Shown: positions 51,577 to 60,900 of the stretch, piece after piece
Position numbering within the stretch: position 1 is the stretch's first letter
How the letters are laid out: each line of letters opens with the position of its first letter
Assembly (NCBI GenBank): GCA_963755715.1
Contig: CAVWLW010000069.1
Location: forward strand, 96,001-160,000
Length of the DNA stretch: 64,000 bases
From: an uncultured delta proteobacterium
Lineage (GTDB): Bacteria; Desulfobacterota; Binatia; UBA9968
Direction of reading: 5' to 3'
Made by a program: the position numbers and the translations under genes
The notes under the pieces: model-generated
Databases searched by the model: none
Seen by the model: only the letters and a program-made list of their open reading frames with translations
What the model was told of the DNA's origin: nothing

Positions 51577-51611
51577 ACGGAGAGTTAGCGTTGACTCTCC
51601 GTTTTTGTTTT
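51577..51611 (+). terminator. Intrinsic terminator
   Basis: Hairpin ACGGAGAGTTA-GCGT-TGACTCTCCGT followed by TTTTGTTTT. Confidence 0.75.
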
Positions 51612-51772
51612 CGATTCTCGCCCGAATAGATTTTTCGATTCCCTGTTCAGATTTTCACATCGGCAGTCGTTTTTTCGGGTAAATTGCTACGAGAATTGTT
51701 ACAAGGCAAGAGGCGTTAAAAAAATTTTGGCCCCGAGAGAGACATGCGCGGCGAAGCCCGCATGATCCCTCT

Positions 51773-53050
51773 GTGCTACGCTCGGATAATATTAGCGCGC
51801 ACCGTGTAGGGAATGGAATTATGATGCTCTGTTGGGCTTATAGGCGATCTGGAACTGATCTACTCTTACGCATGCTAACAGTGGCATTGCTTGCCTGGCC
51901 AATAACGGGTGCGCTGCCAGCGACGGAGTCAGAGCAGCGCACGTCAAGAACGATTCGAGTCGGCCAGGACTACCCTGTCAAGACGATTGCGGCTGCCGCT
52001 CGGTTGGCCCAAGACGGGGACATCATCGAAATCACAGCGGGCGACTACGTAGGAGACACAGCCGTCTGGACACAGACGGACCTAAAAATTCGCGGTATCA
52101 ATGGCCGCCCGCGCTTGATTGCTGAGGGCAAGGCAGCCGAGGAGAAAGGTATTTGGGTCATACGCGGGGGCGACATCCTAGTAGAAAACATCGAATTTAC
52201 GGGCGCAAGAGTAGCCAATCGGAACGGCGCCGGGATCAGGTTTGAGCGCGGAAAATTGAAAGTACGCAAGTGTGTTTTTAAGGATAACGAAAATGGCATG
52301 CTGGTCGGCAATGATCCTTCCATGATTTTGGAGATTGAAGATTCGGAGTTTGGCGATAACGGTGCTGGGGACGGGCAGAGCCACAATCTCTACGTCGGAA
52401 CAATAGAGCGCTTTGTTGTACAAGGAAGTTACTTCCATCATGCCCGTGTAGGGCATCTTCTAAAGACGCGCGCCCGGGAAAACTTCATTTACTATAACCG
52501 CCTCACCGATGAGCCCGGTGGACGTGCAAGTTACGAATTGGAGTTTCCAGCGGGTGGCCTGGCTTTTGTTGTTGGTAACCTGATCGAGCAAGGCGAGAAA
52601 ACAGAGAACCCAACTATAATTTCTTTCGGTGCCGAAGGCTATAAGTGGTCGCGAAACGATCTTTACCTTTCACATAATACGATCGTGAATGATAGAATTG
52701 AGGGCGGCGTTTTTATCCTGGCGCGCCCGGGATCTGCGTATGTGAAGGCTTTAAATAATGTCCTGGTCGGCAAAGGAGATCTCGATCTCAAGACCCGAGC
52801 GGACATCGGCCAAAATTGGAGACTGGATCGGAGCGAGTTCGTGCTTCCGGAAGGATTCGACTTTAGACTGAAACCAGATTCGCAGGCTGCAGGGAAGGCC
52901 GATGATCCGGGAGAGGCAATGGGAGCTTCGCTTCGCCCCACTCGAGAATACAGTTATCGGGTCGGCACCGAACTCCTCCCCCTGACTAGCTCGTTTAATC
53001 CTGGAGCGTTTCAGACTAGATCCCGAAAAAATGACCCTGCCTTACCTTAA
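51773..53050 (+). CDS. Exported right-handed parallel beta-helix protein (pectin-lyase-like fold)
   Basis: TIAAAARLAQDGDIIEI, NGAGIR, NENG and SHNLY motifs; signal-like segment; start uncertain. Confidence 0.75.
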   Translation: MLRSDNISAHRVGNGIMMLCWAYRRSGTDLLLRMLTVALLAWPITGALPATESEQRTSRTIRVGQDYPVKTIAAAARLAQDGDIIEITAGDYVGDTAVWTQTDLKIRGINGRPRLIAEGKAAEEKGIWVIRGGDILVENIEFTGARVANRNGAGIRFERGKLKVRKCVFKDNENGMLVGNDPSMILEIEDSEFGDNGAGDGQSHNLYVGTIERFVVQGSYFHHARVGHLLKTRARENFIYYNRLTDEPGGRASYELEFPAGGLAFVVGNLIEQGEKTENPTIISFGAEGYKWSRNDLYLSHNTIVNDRIEGGVFILARPGSAYVKALNNVLVGKGDLDLKTRADIGQNWRLDRSEFVLPEGFDFRLKPDSQAAGKADDPGEAMGASLRPTREYSYRVGTELLPLTSSFNPGAFQTRSRKNDPALP

Positions 53051-53212
53051 CGATCAGGTCGCCGCGGCAGAATCCAAAAACCAAATTTGAACCGGCGGCC
53101 AGACTCTTACGCCTGCGTCGCGCTATGCGCCGTCCTAACCTTCCTAAATCGCAACTCTCGCGTAAATTTCCGTCATGATGATCGATGCGTGGCCGAGCAG
53201 CTTTTGAATCAG

Positions 53213-53494
53213 TTACGGGTGCGACGCAGGAAGCGAGCCGCACTGTTCAACGCGCCTTCCACTAGGTTCGACATAGATAATGCAGGCTGAGCGGCGTTCG
53301 ACAGCGGTTTCACCGGATAATATCGAGACGGCGCCGCACATCATAGCGCCAAGCGGTGAGCACGGCTCTTCCAATATGCGAGCGTTAGCTGGTATCGGTG
53401 CCGTATCGAGAGGGTGAGTTTGAGACTGGGGCGCGCACGCGATCGGGAAAACAACTGCCACGAGCGTGAGAAAAACTTTAAGTCCGCGCGCCAC
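53213..53494 (-). CDS. Small Cys-rich putative lipoprotein
   Basis: Hydrophobic leader ending PIAC from GTG 53494; four further Cys. Confidence 0.4.
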   Translation of the reverse strand: MARGLKVFLTLVAVVFPIACAPQSQTHPLDTAPIPANARILEEPCSPLGAMMCGAVSILSGETAVERRSACIIYVEPSGRRVEQCGSLPASHP

Positions 53495-53720
53495 TACAGA
53501 TTCTTCTTTCCAAACACCCGTCAGCCGACGAGAATCGCCAGATGGGCATACACCAATCCAAAAGCAATACCTTACCACGAAACCGAATGGGCGAATCCAC
53601 CTGGCGACAATGACCAACGCCAGCACGTTAGCAAAGAAAAGATAGATGTAAAACTTGAGCGCGTACAATACTTGAAGAGCCAAATCGGGGGGTCAGAAAT
53701 GGCCCCCGCGGTAAACCCAG

Positions 53721-54030
53721 GGGTTCGTATTCACGAATCCCGACGGTTCGCCTATCACCAAGGGGCAAATTGAGTATCAAATCGAAAAGGCCGTTAAGAA
53801 CGCGGGAATCAGAAAGTTTGTTTTTCATAACTATCGCAACACGGTTTGACGCGGTGGGCCCGTCAGGGCATCAACGTCGACGTGGCGATGAAAGCCAGCC
53901 GGCCACAGGCTCAGTGCAAATGCACAAGCGTTACGTCGATCTCTAAGAAACAGATATCGCCGCCGCCTTCGGCACCTCGCAAATTGCTACGGGAATTGTT
54001 ACAGATGAGCGGTTAGACAATCGTAAATAG
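53721..54030 (+). pseudogene. Tyrosine recombinase/integrase, C-terminal remnant
   Basis: GFVFTNPDG...FVFHNYRNT/LTRWARQGINVDVAMKA/GH/SVQMHKRYVDL: HxxR, GH and catalytic Y are present, broken by frameshifts and a stop. Confidence 0.8.
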
Positions 54031-54044
54031 CTGATCTTCTTTAT

Positions 54045-54139
54045 GGAGAAGGAAGGTGCCCGGTGGTGCCGCTGGTCTTCAAAACCAGTCTGGGGGTCGT
54101 AAGGTCCCCGGAGGGTTCGACTCCCTCCCTTCTCCGCCA
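54045..54139 (+). tRNA. selC: tRNA-Sec (anticodon UCA)
   Basis: 8-bp acceptor stem GGAGAAGG/CCTTCTCC, anticodon arm CTGGT-CTTCAAA-ACCAG, long variable arm, GGTTCGACTCC, G discriminator and CCA; 95 nt. Confidence 0.95.
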
Positions 54140-54445
54140 CAAAAATACTGATAATTAAATGCCTACATTTTGCGATTGGGATTTAGCCCATCGTAGCCCG
54201 AATTCGCATGAGCGATCCCGAATCACGACAATTCATTACTTTTGTTTTTCCTCAGAGCGATTGTGTCATGAAATAAGATTCGCGGAAGAATACCCTGGCA
54301 TTAGATTCGGCGCGGTTGTATATCGTGCTTTACTCTAATACGATCTCGCGCATGCGCTTTCTTTCATTTACCGTTGAGATAAAGTCGTGGGTATATCGAG
54401 ACCACAGAGCGTTTGCTTGCGTCGCTTGAGATTAGCAGATCCAAA

Positions 54446-55495
54446 ATGGGCATTCCTTTACGCCAAAGTCTGGCCATTCTAAGTCACATTCTGAAAAAGC
54501 GCTTGCAGGGCGTTGAACGCTATCCGCTCGTGCTTATGTTAGAGCCGTTGTTTCGCTGTAATTTGGCCTGTGCCGGCTGCGGCAAAATTGACTATCCCGA
54601 AGGGATTCTGGATCGACAACTGAGTCCGGCGGAATGCATGGCTGCCATCGATGAATGTGGGGCTCCCGTGGTTTCCATCGCCGGGGGCGAGCCTTTAATC
54701 CACAAAGACATGCCGGAGATCGTTCGCGGCTTTATTCAGCGAAAGAAGTTCGTCTATTTATGCACGAACGCGTTACTTCTTTCTCGACGGATGAACGAAT
54801 ACGCCCCTTCGCCCTACCTGACATTTTCGGTTCATCTGGACGGCAACCGCGACCGGCACGACACCTCAGTCTGCCGCACGGGGGTGTTTGATGAAGCTGT
54901 GAAGGCGATTCAAATGGCGATCCAAAGGCGGTTCCGGGTAACGATTAACTGCACTCTGTTCCAAGGCGAGTCCGCGCAAGAGGTGGCAGCCTTTCTCGAT
55001 GATGCGATGGCGCTCGGAGTGGAGGGGGTAACCATTTCGCCTGGTTTTAGTTACCAGCATGCGCCCCAACAAGACGTTTTCATCCAGCGCAATGCGAGCA
55101 AACAACTGTTCAGAAATATTTTCAAGCTGGGCAAGAAGCGCCGCTGGCGGCTCAATCACTCGAGTCTGTTTTTGAATTTTCTGGCCGGTAACGAGACTTA
55201 CCGTTGCACACCCTGGGGCAACCCAACGCGTAACGTGTTCGGTTGGCAAAGACCCTGTTACTTGCTCGTGGACGAGGGTTATGCGCCGACATTTAAAGCC
55301 TTGATGGAAGAAACGAACTGGGATCGTTATGGCACCGGCAACAATCCCAAATGTGCCAACTGCATGGCGCATTGCGGTTATGAAGCCACCGCTGTCAATG
55401 ATGCCATGGGTCATCCGCTCAAGGGCTTACGCGTTTCACTGCGCGGTCCAAAAACCGAAGGGCCCTTCGCACCCGAGTTGCCCACCACTTATTAG
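54446..55495 (+). CDS. hpnH: Adenosyl-hopene transferase (radical SAM)
   Basis: YPLVLMLEPLFRCNLACAGCGKI, CTPWGNPTRNVFGWQRPCYLL and CANCMAHCGYE motifs. Confidence 0.93.
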   Translation: MGIPLRQSLAILSHILKKRLQGVERYPLVLMLEPLFRCNLACAGCGKIDYPEGILDRQLSPAECMAAIDECGAPVVSIAGGEPLIHKDMPEIVRGFIQRKKFVYLCTNALLLSRRMNEYAPSPYLTFSVHLDGNRDRHDTSVCRTGVFDEAVKAIQMAIQRRFRVTINCTLFQGESAQEVAAFLDDAMALGVEGVTISPGFSYQHAPQQDVFIQRNASKQLFRNIFKLGKKRRWRLNHSSLFLNFLAGNETYRCTPWGNPTRNVFGWQRPCYLLVDEGYAPTFKALMEETNWDRYGTGNNPKCANCMAHCGYEATAVNDAMGHPLKGLRVSLRGPKTEGPFAPELPTTY

Positions 55496-55536
55496 ATTAC
55501 GGAAAAATTTCCGCCTTTGAAAAAAACCCTGGAACA

Positions 55537-56557
55537 TCAAGCAAACTTTTTCTTCGGCGGCTTCTGCGCCACATAGCCGTTTTTGTAAAACCAATCTATC
55601 TCATCGCGCAGACCCGCCACGGCGGGTCGTGCAGCATAGCCGAGCTCGCGCCGCGCCTTTTGCGCTGGAGAAATACATGAGCTTGCGAGACATGCGGACA
55701 GCATCAACAGTCAGCATCGGTTCGCCTCCTCCTCGAACACGCGCCACGCCTTCAGCGACGTAGGCGATCGGGGTAACAAACCAATGTGGCAGGCGTATGC
55801 GTGGTGGACGCCGGCCGGTAAGTTCAGCCACGGTTTCCAAAATCCATTGAAGGGTTCGATTCTCGCCACCTAGAATGTAGCTTTCGCCAACCACTCCCCT
55901 GTCGTAAGCCAACAGATGACCAGCTGCTACATCGTCCACGTGGACCACATTCAGCCCGGTATTTACATAGGCAGGCATGCGCCCCGAGGCGGCTTCGATA
56001 ATCATTCGTCCGGTCGGCGTCGGCTTGATATCACCCGGCCCGAAGGGCGCCGAGGGCTTCACGATAATCACCGGTATCCCTGCCTCTTCCACTAAACGTT
56101 TCACCTCGCGCTCAGCCAGAAACTTCGATTGCTTATAGGCGCCAATCATGTCGCACAGCTCCGCGTGGGAGGCTTCATCGGCAGGAAGGCCATCGCTTCT
56201 TAAGCGCAAGGTCGCCACGCTCGACGTGTAAACGACACGCGACACTCCCGCGGCGGCCGCCGCCCGGAGTAGATTGACCGTCCCCTGAACATTGGTCCGG
56301 TTCATTTTCTCTCGATCAGGCACCCAGAGTCGATAATCCGCAGCCACATGAAACATAGCCTCGCAGCCGCGCACCGCGCGCTGGAGTGACTCGTGCTCAA
56401 CGAGATCGCCCGTAACGATTTCACAGTCGACGCCCGTCAAGTTGCGCCGGTCGCTGCTGGGGCGGACCAGGGCGCGCACCTGGTGGCCCGCAGCCACCAG
56501 AGAACGCAGCACTGCCGCGCCGACAAAACCTGTCGCACCGGTCAATAGGGTGGTCAT
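55537..56557 (-). CDS. hpnA: Hopanoid-associated sugar epimerase/dehydratase (+1 frameshift near 55658)
   Basis: TGATGFVG, HVAADYRLW, YKQSK and DIKPTPTG motifs; removing one base restores SSAKARRELGY...DWF to TGA at 55537. Confidence 0.85.
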
Positions 56558-56717
56558 GGCTGTTGCTTTCGCCTGCCCGATTCAAAGCTCCGCACAGTAA
56601 AGCGCAAGTTCTGGGCTTTCGCGCCGGCCGTCGTCTTTTCTCTAATTTAGAATTTTTAAAATAACAAACTCGGCAAGCTGGTTGATAAAATAACTTTTCA
56701 ATGAAATTAATCTAACC

Positions 56718-57839
56718 GTGAACAGGATCACCTGCCCTTTAGCTTTGCGAGTTTCGTGGGTTTTCATCTTGCTCGCGCTGTCCGCCTGTGCCGGCCTGCC
56801 AGTGCGCGGCACAGTGGGCGGGCAAACGATCGAAACTCGAGTAGACTCGGAAGTGGCGCGCTACTATCTGGGAAGTTATCTTGCCGGCAACCGCACCAAT
56901 CCGACCCTCGATGCGCGCATCGATCAGATTTATCAGGCTATCGACGGCCACCTGCCCGGCCGCATCGAGCTCAAAGAATTGAGCGACGAATTTTCTGTTG
57001 ACTTCGCAGCACTGTACATGGCCGACCAGATCGCTCGTGTGCCTGCAAATCGTCGCTTTCGGAGCGCCTTCGATCAAGTGTACGAATACACCCGCAAAGC
57101 CTTCCCAGAAGGTCGAATGCAGGTACCTCAAGCTGGCAATTATGATGTGCTGTTTGTGCCGACCTATCTCTATAAACGTCTTACCTTTACCGGTGCCGAT
57201 ATGGCTGTTCCGCGAAAGGCGCTCCAAAAGGTAGGATTTACCTGCCATTTTGTCGAAACCCAAGACGACGGCACGATTGAAGCAAATGCAGATCTGGTGG
57301 CTGCCGCTATTCGCGCCCTCGCGCCGAGCGGCCGACGGTTGATCATAGTGAGCGCCAGCAAGTCCGGCCCAGAAGTTGCGCTAGCGCTAACCAAACTTGG
57401 GCCCGCTGAAACCCACCACGTTGCGGCATGGATCAATACGGTGGGCGCACTCCAGGGCACGCCACTGATAGATGACCGCGTTCTCCCCGAGGTTGAATTT
57501 ATAGTCGGCAAGGTCAATCCGGCCGGCGTTGCAAGTATGACGACAACGCAAAGCCGTCAACGGTTCGAATCCTTCCGCATTCCCAAACATGTGTTTGTGG
57601 TCAACTACTTTGGTATACCCACGGTTGGCAGCATTTCGTTTTTGGCAGCCAAAGGCTTTTATCCGCTGCGAAAGTACGGGCCCAACGATGGGATTGTGCT
57701 GTTACCGGATATGATTTTTCCAGATGGAGTAACGCTAGCTCAGGTGGGCAGTGACCATCTTCGGCTTAACGACCATATGGATATTGCCGGAGTGGCATTG
57801 GCAGTGACTGTAATCAATTGGCTGGAAAGCCAGCCATGA
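56718..57839 (+). CDS. Lipoprotein, alpha/beta hydrolase fold
   Basis: Lipobox LSAC; nucleophile elbow-like ASKSG; NDGIV and SDH as putative Asp/His. Confidence 0.7.
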   Translation: MNRITCPLALRVSWVFILLALSACAGLPVRGTVGGQTIETRVDSEVARYYLGSYLAGNRTNPTLDARIDQIYQAIDGHLPGRIELKELSDEFSVDFAALYMADQIARVPANRRFRSAFDQVYEYTRKAFPEGRMQVPQAGNYDVLFVPTYLYKRLTFTGADMAVPRKALQKVGFTCHFVETQDDGTIEANADLVAAAIRALAPSGRRLIIVSASKSGPEVALALTKLGPAETHHVAAWINTVGALQGTPLIDDRVLPEVEFIVGKVNPAGVASMTTTQSRQRFESFRIPKHVFVVNYFGIPTVGSISFLAAKGFYPLRKYGPNDGIVLLPDMIFPDGVTLAQVGSDHLRLNDHMDIAGVALAVTVINWLESQP

Positions 57840-57903
57840 CCATCAAATGGTCAATGGGCTGGAAAGTCATGATCATCAAATGTCGCCGGTTCCTGAGGAT
57901 TAG

Positions 57904-60900
57904 TTACGCGATCATTCCGCCGAGGCTTCTGAGCATGGCGACCACTTCGTCGGGCAAAACGGGCGGAATCTTTCCCATCATGTGGCAAGCAATGAGATTG
58001 TTGGCGGTCTGCTCAATGATGAGGGTCATATCGATGGTTTGACGCAGATTTGGTCCGCGGACGATAAGGCCGTGGTTCTGCAGGATCACTGCGCTAGCGT
58101 CCTTCACAGCCGCACCAACTGCATCGGCTAGCTCGGCCGTTCCGGGCATGATGAACGGGATGCGCGGGATCTCCCCGATGTATGCGGCTTCTGTCGAGAT
58201 CGGCAGAAATGGGATGTCCGACAGACCCAAGAGCGTTGCCTTCGGCGCATGCGAGTGGATCACCGCGCCGACATTTGGGTTGTTGCGGTACACCGCGCAG
58301 TGCAACATGCGCTCGCTCGATGGTGCATGGGGAGGATCACCGATCGGATTTCCCTCCAGATCGATGCGCACCAACATATCGCTTCGAAGCGCGCCCTTGA
58401 AGCACGAATTGGGCGTGATCCACAGTTCGTGTTTGCCTGGGATACGCACGCTTACGTTGCCGCCCGTCGCAGTAATGAGTCCGTGAGCGTACATTTCCTC
58501 AACGGTGCGAATGACTTCGGCGCGAATATCACCGGCGACAATTCGATCCGCGTCCGCGCCGCTTGGCGCGGGCATAGTAAGCGTCCCGGCAGGTGCATTG
58601 TTCTGCGTGAGTTCTGCGTAGGCTACCCGTTCAAAAACGGCGTCAAGATCTTTGACTTCGGCGCGAGCCTCGGTGTAGAGACGATTGAAATCGTTCTGAA
58701 TGCGCTGCAGCGACATGGCCTTGATCGTGTCGCCAATGAATGACAGTTTGCCGGTCATCGCCGCCTTCGGACCGTTCTCTTTTCCGGTAAACAGCTTATC
58801 GAGAATATCAGCCTTCATTTTCAAAGTGACTTGCGGCTTGTCCGGCGACTCGCCCACGCCGCAACGCACTGCGCCTTGATCGAAAGCGGTATAGAAAGAG
58901 ATTTTTATATCCGTGAGCTCATAGCGTACCGTCACCCGCCGGCCTTCAGCAAATGACAGGATTTTCTCATCGCGGTTCACCCGCTGGGTAAAGATGTCCA
59001 AGAGTTGTTCCATATGCGTACGCACTTCATTGAGTAGGTCCGAATCCGTGCGGTCCTGGTGCGTAAGCGAATGGTCGTTTCGCGGCCCAATAGTCTCCGA
59101 TCGAGAACCGAGAAAAGCATTCTTGAGACCGGACAGCAGGCTTTGCTTCTTTGCTGCACGCGGCGTTGCGGCGTGCAAGACCGACGACGCCTCTGGAGGC
59201 GACCCGGTCTGCGTGCTGCTGCTAGGAAGGTCGGTTACCGACGGCCGAGAGTTCTGCCGTAGTCGCTCGAGAATCTCAGTTGAAGGCACCGGCCGCGGCG
59301 CGATCCAACTGAAATGATCGAGGACCTCAGCATTGGCGACGTTAGCCGCCCGCCCGTCGTGCAGGAGGTCAGCCAGGTTCGCGGTCACGATGGCGCCCTG
59401 GTGGGAGAAGACTTCGAAGGTGTTGCCGCCGATGTGCGGCGTGGCGATCACATTCGCAAGCTGGAGTAGCGGATGATCTGAAGCTGGCGGTTCGACGGGA
59501 AATACATCCACCGCCGCGCCCGCAAGCCGCCCGTTTTTGAGCGCCGACACGAGCGCCGCTTCGTCAACCAGAGCCGCCCGGGCGGTATTGACTAAATATG
59601 CGCCTGGCTTCATCTGTTCAATCTCCGCGGGCCCGAGCAATGGCCGCGATTCGTCGGTCACGGCCGCGTGTAGGGTGATGAAATCGCTCTCGGCGAGGAG
59701 CTCTTGCAGCGAGACCGATTCGACGTCGAGGAGCACCGCCTTTTCGGGCGAAAGGAATGGATCATGGGCGATCAGCCGCGCCCCGAACGGCTGAAGTCGC
59801 TTAGCCACACATTGCCCGACGGCCCCGAGACCGACAATGCCGATCGTTTTATGCCACAACTCATGCCCCTGTAGGCCCTCGAACGCCCGGCCCATGCGGC
59901 CGACATCACCTTCTTCGCCGGGATCATGGAGGAATTGCGTCGCTTGCGGTAGCTTGCGCGCCAACATCAGCATGAAAGAGACCGCAAGGTCGGCGACCGC
60001 GTCGGCGTTGCGAGCCGGGGTCGTAATCACTAAAACGCCATGCGCTGTGCACGCCTCGATGTCGACGTTGACTGCGTTACTGCGGCAGCACACGACGACG
60101 CGAAGATCCGGCGCCTTGCTCAGTACTTCCGCGTCTACTGCGTCAACCTCAGTGACGAACACCTGAACTCCGGCGAGCGCTTCGATGAGATCGTCACCGG
60201 TAAGCAATCGTAGGTTTTCGCGAAAGCCTTCATAGCGCACTTCTCCAAGCTGGCGCAGTGCCGCCAAGGCTTGTTCGTCTATAGATGCAGTCACGAGGAT
60301 ATTGGGGCGTGGCGCATTACTATTGAATGGATCGCGCGCGCTATGCTTGGTCGCTTGTTGTATGAACGCTTGAATCGCGCTTGATTCGGCTAGCTCGTCG
60401 ACCTTCTGACGCGCGGCGCGCATTTCAAGCCAGCGATCGTAGTGAGATTGATATGCCGCACGCCGATGCGGATCGGGCAGAAAACTACGCCGTCCACTGG
60501 CAAAACGCTTGGCGCCCTCGACAATGTTGGAATAGAGGCTCGCTCCGACGCCGGCGCAAATAGCCGCGCCAAGCGCCGAGCACTCCGGCACAAGGACAGC
60601 TTCAATCGGGACGCCGGTCACATCCGAGAGAAGCTGGGCGAAGAATATGCTTTTCGACATTCCACCCGCCAATCGAAGCGATTCGAGCGGTTGGTTTTGC
60701 GCCGTTTTTTGCAGCAGTTCAATATTGCCCCTCGCCGCGAAAGCCAATCCTTCGACAACTGCTCGCGACACATGACGCCGGCGCGATGGATCCTCGGCCA
60801 CCAGCATTGGTGACAATGTGAGATGCCCGACGGGCATCCGCAGGTGACTGGCGTCGAATATTTCGGCTCCGAGCGTTGAAACGATCCCTTCGGCGCCCAC

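Larger units (their letters stand above)
51503..54139. mobile_element. Decayed integrative element at tRNA-Sec
   Basis: Bounded by the tRNA 5'-half repeat and the intact tRNA; contains an integrase remnant and repeated arm-like sites. Confidence 0.75.

Noticed and set aside
53943-54140. 65-aa minus-strand ORF
   Set aside because: It is the antisense of tRNA-Sec.
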